Shown here piece after piece: positions 1 to 9,025 of a stretch of 64,000 nt of DNA (positions are counted from its first letter, which is position 1; the number at the start of each line of letters is the position of its first letter). A program made the position numbers and the translations under genes. The DNA comes from Nitrososphaeria archaeon (lineage in GTDB: Archaea > Thermoproteota > Nitrososphaeria > Nitrososphaerales > JAAOZN01). The DNA lies in assembly GCA_029775855.1 (NCBI GenBank), contig JARVJZ010000006.1:12353-76352 (forward strand), given 5' to 3'. Under the pieces are notes generated by a model that ran no database searches, had not been told where the DNA came from, and was given only the letters and a program-made list of their open reading frames with translations.

Positions 1-39
1 TCTAAGGTGTATCCCCTATACTTAAACTCCTTTGGCAGT

Positions 40-777
40 TTACTTCACCTCAACAACTCTTGAGATCCTCTTGCGCCCTGTCTTTCTCGGCGCCAAGTGA
101 CCTACTTTTCTCCCTGGTGGAGCGTTTCTGGAAGTAGAGGTTGATTTACCTGGATGTTGGTGTCTCCCGCCGCCGAATGGGTGATAGACTACTGGCATGG
201 CTACACCTCTTACTCTTGGATAGGGTTTGACTTTAGCTTTATGTATCCAGTAGTTCTTACCAGCTTTTAGCAGCGGCTTCTCTAATCTTCCACCGCCAGC
301 CACACTTCCTATCATTGCCCTACACTTGTTGGATAACATTATCGTTCTACCAGAAGGCATCCGGATTATAGATTTATCACCGCTTTGGGAGAAAAGTATG
401 GCTGATGAGCCTGCGGACTTAACTAATCGCCCACCATCTCCTGGAGTAAGCTCTATGTTGCAGATTGTGCTTCCTTCAGGAATACTTGAGAGCGGGAGTA
501 TATTGCCTACTATAGGTTTAACAGAGGAGCCTATTTCAATTGTAGCGCCTTTGCTTAAGCCTTGAACCGCTACCGTGTAGAAGAAACCACCGTTCTCTAG
601 ATCTATTCTTGCTAAAGGAGCGTTCCTTCCCCTCTCGTGGAGTATATCAGAAACATAGCCTTTGATTGTTTCTGCTTTAATTGGTGGGTATCTGGCTTGG
701 GATACTTTCCCTTTTTTAGGTGCTCGCCACTGCAAGCCTCCTTTACCACGTCTTTGAGCTAGTATCCTCTTACCCAA
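40..777 (-). CDS. rpl2: 50S ribosomal protein L2 (uL2)
   Basis: 245-aa ORF with a TTG start. N-term GKRILAQRRGKG and C-term HPFGGGRHQHPGKSTS are classic uL2 signatures. Last gene of an L3-L4-L23-L2 block. Confidence 0.95.
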   Translation of the reverse strand: MGKRILAQRRGKGGLQWRAPKKGKVSQARYPPIKAETIKGYVSDILHERGRNAPLARIDLENGGFFYTVAVQGLSKGATIEIGSSVKPIVGNILPLSSIPEGSTICNIELTPGDGGRLVKSAGSSAILFSQSGDKSIIRMPSGRTIMLSNKCRAMIGSVAGGGRLEKPLLKAGKNYWIHKAKVKPYPRVRGVAMPVVYHPFGGGRHQHPGKSTSTSRNAPPGRKVGHLAPRKTGRKRISRVVEVK

Positions 778-781
778 TTTA

Positions 782-1030
782 TTACACCAACCCTAGTTTT
801 GAAGCTAAATCTGTAGCTGAACTTTCTTTTGCGAGTTTGACATATGCTTTCTTTCCTTTAACCGTGTTAAGCACGTTTACTGATTCTACTTTAACCGAAT
901 ACAGCACTTCAACCGCCTTCTTAATCTTATTCTTATCTGCATTCCTATCTACGATAAAGGTTAGTTTATTTTCTTTTTCAATAAGGTCGAATGTCTTTTC
1001 AGTAACATATGGGTATAAGATCACCTTCAT
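782..1030 (-). CDS. rpl23: 50S ribosomal protein L23 (uL23)
   Basis: Small basic protein starting [13 protein letters not shown], typical of uL23. The ATG at 1030 is preferred over the ORF-track start at 1057 because 1057 overlaps the L4 3' end. Sits between L4 and L2. Confidence 0.9.
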   Translation of the reverse strand: MKVILYPYVTEKTFDLIEKENKLTFIVDRNADKNKIKKAVEVLYSVKVESVNVLNTVKGKKAYVKLAKESSATDLASKLGLV

Positions 1031-1037
1031 AGCGTCT

Positions 1038-1841
1038 TCAGGACGCAAACCGTTCACTCACCTCCAAAACACCTTTCGGTAGAGACTGTAGTGCTGCCTT
1101 AGACCAAACAACCAGCCTACCGGCTTGACCTCCTGGTGCTAGTTGGAGGACTGAAAGGTCTTTAGCCAACACACATTCAACACCAGGTAAATTTGCAGTA
1201 GCCTTCTCCAAACCCCTCTTCTCAGCTACGACAAAGAGAGGGCCTTTTGGAACACGCTTTGTTCTACCACGCATCCGTGGCTTTCCCGATCTGCGTTTAA
1301 CACCATTTTGAGCCCTAAGCACATCATCCATAAGTCCTAAGCTTGTTAGAACGGGTTTTAGATCTTTTAATTTACTTATAGTTTCTATTTCTTCACTTAC
1401 GATTAAAGGTAAGCTTGGAACCTTATCTACTTTGTGCCCTCTTGCTACTACAATGTTCCGTAGGGCTGTGGCTGCTGCTGCTGAGGCTGTGGCGAGCCAC
1501 TTCTCTTTCTCATTTACATCTTTCCATATTATCTTCTCTGCCTTAGGTGGATGGGCTTGCCTACCCTTTACTACGCCTGCAACACCAGCTGCTTGACCCG
1601 CACGAGGCCCCCCGCCTTTTACACGCGCCAACCTGGCTATACCTAAACCTACACCACGTGAGATGGCAGTCGTTCTTTCTCCAGCTAAGGGGTCTCGACC
1701 TTGTGGTTGTAGGCGATGTGTGAATAGAGCCCAGAAGACCCTTCTTATAACATCTGGTCTAAAAGGTGTGTTAAAGACTTTTGGAGCCTCTAGTTTTGCT
1801 ATAACCGAGCCGTCTAAACCGTAAACATTTAGCTCAGACAA
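1038..1841 (-). CDS. rpl4: 50S ribosomal protein L4 (uL4)
   Basis: uL4-like sequence ([19 protein letters not shown]..., RGHKV). The TTG at 1841, 7 nt after the L3 stop, gives a canonical N-terminus. The ORF-track start at 1877 would overlap L3 by 29 nt. Confidence 0.88.
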   Translation of the reverse strand: MSELNVYGLDGSVIAKLEAPKVFNTPFRPDVIRRVFWALFTHRLQPQGRDPLAGERTTAISRGVGLGIARLARVKGGGPRAGQAAGVAGVVKGRQAHPPKAEKIIWKDVNEKEKWLATASAAAATALRNIVVARGHKVDKVPSLPLIVSEEIETISKLKDLKPVLTSLGLMDDVLRAQNGVKRRSGKPRMRGRTKRVPKGPLFVVAEKRGLEKATANLPGVECVLAKDLSVLQLAPGGQAGRLVVWSKAALQSLPKGVLEVSERFAS

Positions 1842-1848
1842 TTTCCTT

Positions 1849-2853
1849 TCAACCTCTAACCAATATGCTGGTCTCAAGGATCTTAGGTGGCTGTATCTTG
1901 CTAACCTTAGGTCTTACAGCATACCTTAATCTTATAAGCCGCTTAGTCGGGCCTGGTATAGATCCTCTAAGTACCATGTAGTCGCAGTTAACTACACCAA
2001 ACTTATGGAAACCACCTTTAGGTGTAATAGGTGTTTCAGCTGGGTTGGCTATCAAAAGTATTCTCTTATTATATTCAATTCTTTTGTGGAAGCCACGTTG
2101 CCCAGCTCTTGGGATTGTATACATGATTGTCGCTGGATGCCAAGGGTTTAGAGCACCTACAGCCCTTACACTCTTCCGAGATTTATGCTGCTTACGTTTA
2201 ATCCCAAACCTAGTAACCGGGCCTTCGAATCCTTTACCTTTTGTGATCGCAGCTACATCTACATACATACCAGGTTTGAATACTTCGCTTATCTTCAACT
2301 GTTTTCCTAAGATGGATTTGAGATATTCAAAGCGCTCTTTTATGTTTCCTCCTCCTACTGTGATCTCGAAGAGGAAAGGTTTCTTTTGTGATAAGCCGGC
2401 ATCTCTTGGTCTTGTGTAAACTAGAGCTGTAAATTTTACGATGCTATCCAGATTCTTTTCAATTTCAGATAACGCTTTGTTTTGGTCTGGTACCTTCATC
2501 TTTAGGCGGCGTTCGATATCTTTAGGTTGAGTTTTAGCGTAAACGTCACAGAAGGCTTGTAGCGCACCGTTAACCTTTCTATATGCTCTGAAGCCGTAAA
2601 CAACCATTGGTGGTGTAGCTATAATTGTGGAAGCATTAAAGAGGGGTTTACCAAAGTTAGGCGTCTTTTCCCTATCATCAATTGTGATAACATGCATACA
2701 ACCTACTTTATAACCTGCAAACCCTAGAATAGTGGGTTTCTGGATTAGAGGAGTTTCAAATGATTGTAGAGCCGGAACTATACGTTTAGCACGTGCTCTA
2801 GGTCTGTAGGCTAAAGAACCTCTTCTCGGTGCGCTATGCTTTCTGTGACCCAA
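1849..2853 (-). CDS. rpl3: 50S ribosomal protein L3 (uL3)
   Basis: 334 aa. MGHRKHSAPRRGSLAYRPRARA is the archaeal uL3 N-terminus. First gene of the r-protein block. Confidence 0.95.
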   Translation of the reverse strand: MGHRKHSAPRRGSLAYRPRARAKRIVPALQSFETPLIQKPTILGFAGYKVGCMHVITIDDREKTPNFGKPLFNASTIIATPPMVVYGFRAYRKVNGALQAFCDVYAKTQPKDIERRLKMKVPDQNKALSEIEKNLDSIVKFTALVYTRPRDAGLSQKKPFLFEITVGGGNIKERFEYLKSILGKQLKISEVFKPGMYVDVAAITKGKGFEGPVTRFGIKRKQHKSRKSVRAVGALNPWHPATIMYTIPRAGQRGFHKRIEYNKRILLIANPAETPITPKGGFHKFGVVNCDYMVLRGSIPGPTKRLIRLRYAVRPKVSKIQPPKILETSILVRG

Positions 2854-3064
2854 TTCTCTTCAGTCTATGGTTGGTGGCCTTTGCATACTTTTTAAACCTT
2901 TACTTTAAGTATACTCTTGCTATTGAGTTAAAGTGCTATGTCTGTGATTGTCTTATAATCCTAATTTTTTAAGGCAGATATCTTTTTAGAGACAGATTTA
3001 AAAGGGGAAAACTTTAGTGTAGGTATTGCATAAAGTATCATGAGGATAGGAGCGTAGATTGTAA

Positions 3065-4522
3065 ATGGTGCAGATAACTGAACTTGTGTTCAGAGATGGG
3101 CATCAATCAGTGCTAGCTACAAGGCTGAGAACCGAAGACATGATTCCTATAGCAAAGACTGTTGACGAAGTAGGCTTCTTCTCTGTGGAGGTTTGGGGTG
3201 GTGCAACCTTTGACGTCTGTTTAAGATATTTAGCGGAAGATCCTTGGGAGAGGTTGCGGCTTTTCAAGCAGAATATGCCTAACACTCCTCTTCAGATGTT
3301 GGAGAGAGCCATGAATATAGTGGCTTATAGAAACTTCCCAGATGATATCGTCATCAAATTCATTGAACTCGCACATAAGAATGGTGTTGATTATTTTAGA
3401 ATATTTGATGCGCTTAACGATCTAAGAAACCTTAAGGTGCCGATAGAAGCTGCTAAGAGGGTTGGAGCGCACGTTCAAGGAACGCTCTGCTACGCTATAA
3501 GTCCTATTCACACGGTTGAATATTATGTGGAGCAGTTCAAGGAGCTTGCAAAGATGGGTTGCGACTCGCTATGCATAAAGGACATGGCGGGCATAATATC
3601 TCCCCAGAGGGCGTATGACATCATCAAGGCGTGTAAAGATGAGGGGATAAAGATCCCAATAGACCTACATTCACACACCACAAGCGGCATGGCTGACCTA
3701 GCTTACATAAAAGCATGCGAAGCTGGCGTGGATATAATAGACTGCTGTATATCACCTTTAGCGAATGGAACGGGGCATCCACCGACAGAATCTGTAGTCG
3801 CCGGGCTTATGGATACACCTTACGATCCCGGCTACGATTTACAGCTGCTTGGGAAGTGTAGGGACTACTTCCAGAAGGTTTGGGAGAAGTATAAGCATCT
3901 GCATAGAGAGCAAGCAATGAAAGTTGACCCATCAGCCACAGTCCACCAGATACCTGGGGGTATGCTTTCTAACTTTGTTATACAGCTTGAGCAGTTTGGT
4001 GCTGTTGAGAAGTATCATGAAGTGTTGCTGGAGACGGCTAGAGTTCAGAAGGACTTTGGTTGGCCGCCTCTTGTCACACCTACTTCACAGATAATTGGTG
4101 TCCAAGCGACTTTAAATGTTGTGTTTGGGCGGTACAAGCGTGTCACAAAAGAGACGAAGGATTATGTTAGAGGTATGTATGGTAAGCCGCCTGCTGAGAT
4201 CCCAGATGAAGTTAAGGAGATGGTGTTAGGTCCCAATTGGAAGGATGAGATTATAACTTGCAGACCAGCAGACCTACTTGAACCTATGTATAAGCAACTT
4301 AGAGATGAGATGTCTAGTAAAGGGCTTCCAACAACACCTGAGTGGATAGTCTCCTACGCCCTTTTCCCGGCGCAGACAGAAGACTTCCTAAGGGGCAAAG
4401 CGAAACCTGAATTCACATCACAGCAGCTGCCTCTTGAGCTAGGTCCGGGTGAGCGGAGATTTAAGGCTAGGTTTAACGGTGCAGAATATGATGTTGTAAT
4501 CTTGAAGTCAAAGGGAGGTTAG
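3065..4522 (+). CDS. Carboxyltransferase of the oxaloacetate decarboxylase alpha / pyruvate carboxylase subunit B / transcarboxylase 5S family, without a biotinyl domain
   Basis: N-term ITELVFRDGHQSVLATRLRTEDM...VEVWGGATFDVCLRYL is the HMGL-like/PYC_OADA signature. The 485-aa protein ends ...FNGAEYDVVILKSKGG with no (A/V)MKM biotinyl-lysine motif. Confidence 0.85.
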   Translation: MVQITELVFRDGHQSVLATRLRTEDMIPIAKTVDEVGFFSVEVWGGATFDVCLRYLAEDPWERLRLFKQNMPNTPLQMLERAMNIVAYRNFPDDIVIKFIELAHKNGVDYFRIFDALNDLRNLKVPIEAAKRVGAHVQGTLCYAISPIHTVEYYVEQFKELAKMGCDSLCIKDMAGIISPQRAYDIIKACKDEGIKIPIDLHSHTTSGMADLAYIKACEAGVDIIDCCISPLANGTGHPPTESVVAGLMDTPYDPGYDLQLLGKCRDYFQKVWEKYKHLHREQAMKVDPSATVHQIPGGMLSNFVIQLEQFGAVEKYHEVLLETARVQKDFGWPPLVTPTSQIIGVQATLNVVFGRYKRVTKETKDYVRGMYGKPPAEIPDEVKEMVLGPNWKDEIITCRPADLLEPMYKQLRDEMSSKGLPTTPEWIVSYALFPAQTEDFLRGKAKPEFTSQQLPLELGPGERRFKARFNGAEYDVVILKSKGG

Positions 4523-4527
4523 TTTGC

Positions 4528-4710
4528 TTGGCTAATGAGCTTGAGCACGTGTTCTTCTGCAGGAAGTGTAGAAGGCTTAGGAGGGTTTATGAGGCTCATC
4601 GTGAGGTGCTGGTGCTGCCTGAGCAGAAACCTGAGTTTGATGTCGTAACTTATTGCTGCACGATCTGTAAGGAGCCGGTGGTTGAAATAACAGAGGTTTC
4701 TAGGAGGTAG
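4528..4710 (+). CDS. Small zinc-ribbon-like protein (60 aa)
   Basis: CRKC ... CCTIC cysteine pairs. TTG start 6 nt after the carboxyltransferase stop, with GGGAGG upstream. Confidence 0.45.
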   Translation: MANELEHVFFCRKCRRLRRVYEAHREVLVLPEQKPEFDVVTYCCTICKEPVVEITEVSRR

Positions 4711-4714
4711 GTGT

Positions 4715-5092
4715 ATGCCTGAGCGTATAATAAAGAGGGCTAGAAATTTTGCTCCTAACCTCTACTTTCAGATACCTATGAGAACGGTTGTTAAGCACAA
4801 TATTAAAAGGGGTGATACACTTTACTGCACTCTGCGTAGGATCTTTGATTCAGAGGGAAATCTGCTGATTGAGGTAAATAGGGAATTAGAGTGCCAGATA
4901 AAGCAGAGAGACAACAGGTTTTATGTGCCTCCAGAACTCGTCAAAGAACTTAACCTTATAGGTGTTGAATATTACGAATTCGTCTTGCATAAAATAAAGA
5001 GGAATGATGGGGCTGAGGTTGAGATATACCCTAAGGAGATGATTGAGAAAGAAGTAATAAGAGTAAAGGAGGTTCCAACTCAGCAACTGTGA
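4715..5092 (+). CDS. Hypothetical protein with two AbrB/SpoVT-like half-motifs
   Basis: YFQIPMRTVVKHNIKRGDTLYCTL and RFYVPPELVKELNLIGVEYYEFVL both resemble the swapped-hairpin motif (IPkelr..lgl..gd.v). GGAGG lies upstream of the ATG. Domain call is tentative. Confidence 0.35.
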   Translation: MPERIIKRARNFAPNLYFQIPMRTVVKHNIKRGDTLYCTLRRIFDSEGNLLIEVNRELECQIKQRDNRFYVPPELVKELNLIGVEYYEFVLHKIKRNDGAEVEIYPKEMIEKEVIRVKEVPTQQL

Positions 5093-5109
5093 ATATGCTT
5101 ATATAGTAA

Positions 5110-5433
5110 GTGGTAGAGAAACCAGAGGAGAGAGCCTTGGTATTAGTAGGATGGGAGTGGATTGTCGTAATAGCCATAGTCGCGATTATATTGATCTGGG
5201 GTCCTGGTCAGATACCTAAACTAGCTAAAGCTTTGGGTCAGGCGAAGAAGGAGTTGAAGCAGGCAGGCGAAGAAGGGGAAGCCGCTGAAGGGGTTAAGAA
5301 GAAGGATGAAGCAGCGGTTGAAGTAGACCCACTTATAGTGACTGCTATAAAGATGGGTATAGATGTTTCCGGTAAGACTAAAGAGCAGATATCCCAAGAG
5401 ATTATAGAAAGGAGTAAAGCTAAGCAGTCTTAA
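5110..5433 (+). CDS. tatA: Sec-independent translocase component TatA/E
   Basis: One N-terminal TM helix followed by WGPGQIPKLAKALGQAKKELKQA (compare the FGPKKLPELgr.lG..ir.FK motif), then an acidic tail. The true start may lie a few codons inside the ORF. Confidence 0.65.
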   Translation: MVEKPEERALVLVGWEWIVVIAIVAIILIWGPGQIPKLAKALGQAKKELKQAGEEGEAAEGVKKKDEAAVEVDPLIVTAIKMGIDVSGKTKEQISQEIIERSKAKQS

Positions 5434-5510
5434 AGCAGATTATAGCGTATCTTAGGTGTAGCACCTTATTATGCTTAATCTAAAATAGGGAGCCTTTTGG
5501 ATGTGATGAT

Positions 5511-6449
5511 ATGCATATAGCTCAGATTGGTACCGGTAGGGTTGGTAGGCCTACCGCATATTCGATTCTTTCTCTTGGTCTTGCTGATGAGCTTACGGTC
5601 TGTGATATAAAGGATAGGCTTGCTTCGGCGTTCGCTGAGGAGTTGAGGCATGCTGCTGCGTCTATGGGTTTGGATACTGAGATCATAGATGCTACACACG
5701 CTAGCGAGGTTTCAGGTGCGGATGTAATTCTCATTTCAGCTGGTAGGTCTAGGAGACCTGGGGAGAGGATAACCCGTAGAGATTTGACCGCTATAAATGC
5801 TAAGACGGTTAGGGAGGTTGCTGAGGCCACTAGGTCTGGTAATAGAGGTGCGCGATATATTGTTATCACTAATCCTGTTGATGCGATGGCTATGATTTGT
5901 AAGAAGTATTCTGGTGCAGATTTTGTTATAAGCACGAGTACAAGTCTTGAGTCGTCAAGATTTAGGGCTAAGTTGGCTGCTATGTTTGATGTGCCTGTGA
6001 GTATGGTTCAAGGGTGGGTTGGTGGTGAGCACGGTAGTGCTGCTGTGCCTCTCTGGTCTCAGACGCGTGTATGTGGATTTGAGGCTGATGAATACGCCAA
6101 GATGCGCGGATTTCAGCTCGATAAAGGTGAAGTTGAGAGGTATGTGAAGGAGGTTTCTGAGTTTATAATTGAGGAGGTTGGAGCTACAGAATACGGCCCA
6201 GCATCAATATTCGCACGCATCGTAAGAGCTATTGTGAAGAACACAGACGAGTTTATTCCAGTAGCCACTCCTATGAAGTTCTCATCTTTGCCTGAGCCTA
6301 TATATGTAGGCTGCCCAACCCGACTCGGCTTAAGCATAGGCCCAAACTTATATGAAGCGCTTCAACCGAGTGAGAAGCGGGCTTTAGAAGAGGCAGCTAA
6401 GATCATATACCAAACTTACCTTCAAGCAGACGAAGCGTGCCGAGAGTAG
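5511..6449 (+). CDS. mdh: Malate dehydrogenase (LDH-like MDH family)
   Basis: GTGRVG Rossmann motif, ITNPVD and GGEHGS motifs. Arg-rich substrate loop GRSRRPGE suggests MDH rather than LDH. Confidence 0.85.
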   Translation: MHIAQIGTGRVGRPTAYSILSLGLADELTVCDIKDRLASAFAEELRHAAASMGLDTEIIDATHASEVSGADVILISAGRSRRPGERITRRDLTAINAKTVREVAEATRSGNRGARYIVITNPVDAMAMICKKYSGADFVISTSTSLESSRFRAKLAAMFDVPVSMVQGWVGGEHGSAAVPLWSQTRVCGFEADEYAKMRGFQLDKGEVERYVKEVSEFIIEEVGATEYGPASIFARIVRAIVKNTDEFIPVATPMKFSSLPEPIYVGCPTRLGLSIGPNLYEALQPSEKRALEEAAKIIYQTYLQADEACRE

Positions 6450-6479
6450 TTATTTGTGGAAGGCAGATCTCAAAAACAG

Positions 6480-7397
6480 CTATCTGCTTTGAGTTTCTTG
6501 AAGAAAACGCCTACCCTTATCAGTTATCTCCCAAACGCCGCGTGGAGAATCTCTTCTTAGATAACCCTTCTCAATAAGACGCCATCGCGCCCACATTGCA
6601 GCGTTCTGCCATCTAATGGCTTTACCTGAGGGGAGTTTTTCGTAGTCTTTAGGTTTTAGCAGATTCTTCATCTTCTCACCTACTTTCTCCAGAACAGCGT
6701 GTGTTTTTGCTTTGCCGCCTAGCTCAACAAGCGCCTCTAGGATAGGGGTAAAATATTGATGCGCGTGCGTAATTTCTTCTTTTCCTCCAGATTTCTTTTT
6801 CTCAATTTGTTGCGGCGCTTGTGTGTATAGTGGTTCAAATAGGTGCGCATGAACCGCTAGACCAACCCCTTCTCTTTCGAATGTCTTTAACTCCAGAACA
6901 TTAATCTCTGCTTGTAATCTTTTGACAGCATCTTCGAGCTCCTCTGTTTTTTCGTCTACAATGATTAAGTAGGTTGGTGGTTTGTGTATGAGGTTTGAAA
7001 CAAATCTGTAAACCTCCTCAAACTTCCCTTTAATTAACTCACGGGTAAACGGTTGAGAGCTTATCTCTCTATCCATATAATCTATCAGCTTCCGCTTAGT
7101 TGATTCAGACTCTATCCCAGCGATAAATCTGCTTAACTGGGAGAGTATGTGCTCAAACATGGGGTGTGTAGAAAGCTCTACCTCAACGACATACCACTTC
7201 GGTGAAGGATAGAGAGTGATTGCGTAGCCGTCTGGTATACTTCCTATTCCTGAGAGTGATGATATCTTCTTTTTCCCAAAGTAAATAGATTCTTCTCCAA
7301 ATATTTCTTTATAATGCTCTTCAACTATTGATACAAGGTCGTCTTCATTCTTAAAGATGTGAAGGTGGTATCTTACACCATCTATGAGCAGCATCAT
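6480..7397 (-). CDS. Hypothetical protein: N-terminal PD-(D/E)xK-like nuclease fold plus C-terminal Mrr_N-like winged helix
   Basis: N-term IPDGYAI...WYVVEVELSTHP resembles a PD...ExE/K core. The C-terminal 90 aa (FTPILEALVELGGKAKTHAVLEKVGEKM...IRWQNAAMWARWRLIEKGYL...GVWEITDKGRRFL) matches the Mrr N-terminal wHTH pattern. Confidence 0.5.
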   Translation of the reverse strand: MMLLIDGVRYHLHIFKNEDDLVSIVEEHYKEIFGEESIYFGKKKISSLSGIGSIPDGYAITLYPSPKWYVVEVELSTHPMFEHILSQLSRFIAGIESESTKRKLIDYMDREISSQPFTRELIKGKFEEVYRFVSNLIHKPPTYLIIVDEKTEELEDAVKRLQAEINVLELKTFEREGVGLAVHAHLFEPLYTQAPQQIEKKKSGGKEEITHAHQYFTPILEALVELGGKAKTHAVLEKVGEKMKNLLKPKDYEKLPSGKAIRWQNAAMWARWRLIEKGYLRRDSPRGVWEITDKGRRFLQETQSR

Positions 7398-7571
7398 ATC
7401 TACTCCTTTCAGACGAAATATAACTTTTACTAATCTTTAGAAAAATCTTTACTGAATTCATTCTTTCTACCATTCGTTAGAATACTATATGTAGGTTTTC
7501 CTATCTGGACAGGAGAGATTATAAGCATCTAGTTAAGCCATCGTAAGGTTTAGAGGTAATATTAAATATGT

Positions 7572-7937
7572 TTGTTATTCAACTATTGGATTGAGTTGCA
7601 GCAGTCAGCATCAAGAGTTCAAGAAGTATTAACGATTTTAGAGAATATGGAGAAGGCTCTTGATGAAGCAGATAAATGGGTAAACGAAGCAAAACGAAGC
7701 CTACTCGGTTTTGCATCTGCAGAAGGGGAGAAGGCTTTGACCGAAGCGGTAAACGAAGCGAACGCAGCCGCACAAGAGAGGCTCGAAAAGGCGAAAATCG
7801 AGGCAGAAAAAGAGGCTGAGCAGATACTACAGCAGTCTAAAGGCGAGCTCACCAAATTAAGAGAGAAGATAGAGCACTCTATGGAGAAAGCTATCGAGTT
7901 GACTATGGATGCGATTCTCGGTGAAAAGATGCTTTGA
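7572..7937 (+). CDS. atpH: A-type ATP synthase subunit H (peripheral stalk), start uncertain
   Basis: Ala/Glu/Lys-rich coiled coil (EAVNEANAAAQERLEKAKIEAEKEAEQILQQSK). Its stop overlaps the start of atpC. Alternative in-frame starts at 7596 (TTG) and 7647 (ATG). Confidence 0.6.
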   Translation: MLFNYWIELQQSASRVQEVLTILENMEKALDEADKWVNEAKRSLLGFASAEGEKALTEAVNEANAAAQERLEKAKIEAEKEAEQILQQSKGELTKLREKIEHSMEKAIELTMDAILGEKML

Positions 7938-9025
7938 AGGTTAGAGGAGAGCTGGCTGACAGCACATACCTAATGGCAAAATGCTTTGCAGAAAAAGGAA
8001 TACTTCTACAGCGCGCGATGCTCGAAACCCTAGCCGAATCAAAGGGGCTTGAGGACCTTGTTGGTAGGCTTAAGGGCACACCCTATAATGAGGCGGTTTC
8101 AAGAATCACCAGACCATACACCTCAGATAAGCTAGAGATGGCTTTCAGAGAGCATTTAGCGTCAACACACTACTCACTTATCAGAGTCTCACCTAGAAAC
8201 TCATTTTTAACCGCATACTACAACAAGCACCTAATCTGGAACCTTAAGACAATAGCGAAAGGTAAAGCGCTAGGCTTAACCTATGAAGAGATAGCTTCGA
8301 AAGTTAACTTATATGCTGAAGAACTTATCGAGAGAAGAAACTTAATCGTCAAGGCGCTAACCGCACCAGATCTACCAAGCTTAGTACAGACATTAGGTAA
8401 AACAGAATTCAGCCAAGAAATAGCTAAAGCAGCCCAACTCTACAGCGAAAAAGGAGATCTAAGGATATTTGACACATATCTCGACAAAGCATTCTACACA
8501 CACCTACTCACAGAATACAATAAGTTAAGCCGAAGAACCATCTACTTAAAACGCCGCCCAATAAGCGAGCAAGCGAACGTCAGACCGCTGGTTTCAGTAG
8601 ATATAGATGCATATAACATCCTAAGTGCGCTTAGAGCCAAAGTCTGGGAACTTACCGCACCACAGACACGCGAGCTAGTGATTGAAGCAGAGTTTAACTT
8701 GACGCAAAAGAAGCTCAACTTCATAATAGGTGCACCAAACCTTAACGAAGCCCTAAAGAAGGTTGCTGAGACACCATACGGCAAACTTATACCACCCGGC
8801 GTAGTAGGAGAAGAAGCTATACGTAAACTTGAAAACGAGTTCGAAATATACATCTACAAGCAAGCTCTAAAAGCGTTTACTTGGCAGATTTCAGGCTTAG
8901 GGGTTGCCTTAGCTTTAATCAAGTTAAAGGAGGCTGAGGTTAGAAACCTATCTGCTTTAGCCTTCGGTGTGGAGCAAGGGCTTTCTGCTAAAGAAGTTAT
9001 GTCAAAGATGACCTTCTTATCTTAG
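7934..9025 (+). CDS. atpC: A-type ATP synthase subunit C (eukaryotic d homologue)
   Basis: 363 aa. Size and sequence are typical of archaeal AtpC. The TTG start overlaps the atpH stop (TTTGA). Confidence 0.8.
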   Translation: MKVRGELADSTYLMAKCFAEKGILLQRAMLETLAESKGLEDLVGRLKGTPYNEAVSRITRPYTSDKLEMAFREHLASTHYSLIRVSPRNSFLTAYYNKHLIWNLKTIAKGKALGLTYEEIASKVNLYAEELIERRNLIVKALTAPDLPSLVQTLGKTEFSQEIAKAAQLYSEKGDLRIFDTYLDKAFYTHLLTEYNKLSRRTIYLKRRPISEQANVRPLVSVDIDAYNILSALRAKVWELTAPQTRELVIEAEFNLTQKKLNFIIGAPNLNEALKKVAETPYGKLIPPGVVGEEAIRKLENEFEIYIYKQALKAFTWQISGLGVALALIKLKEAEVRNLSALAFGVEQGLSAKEVMSKMTFLS

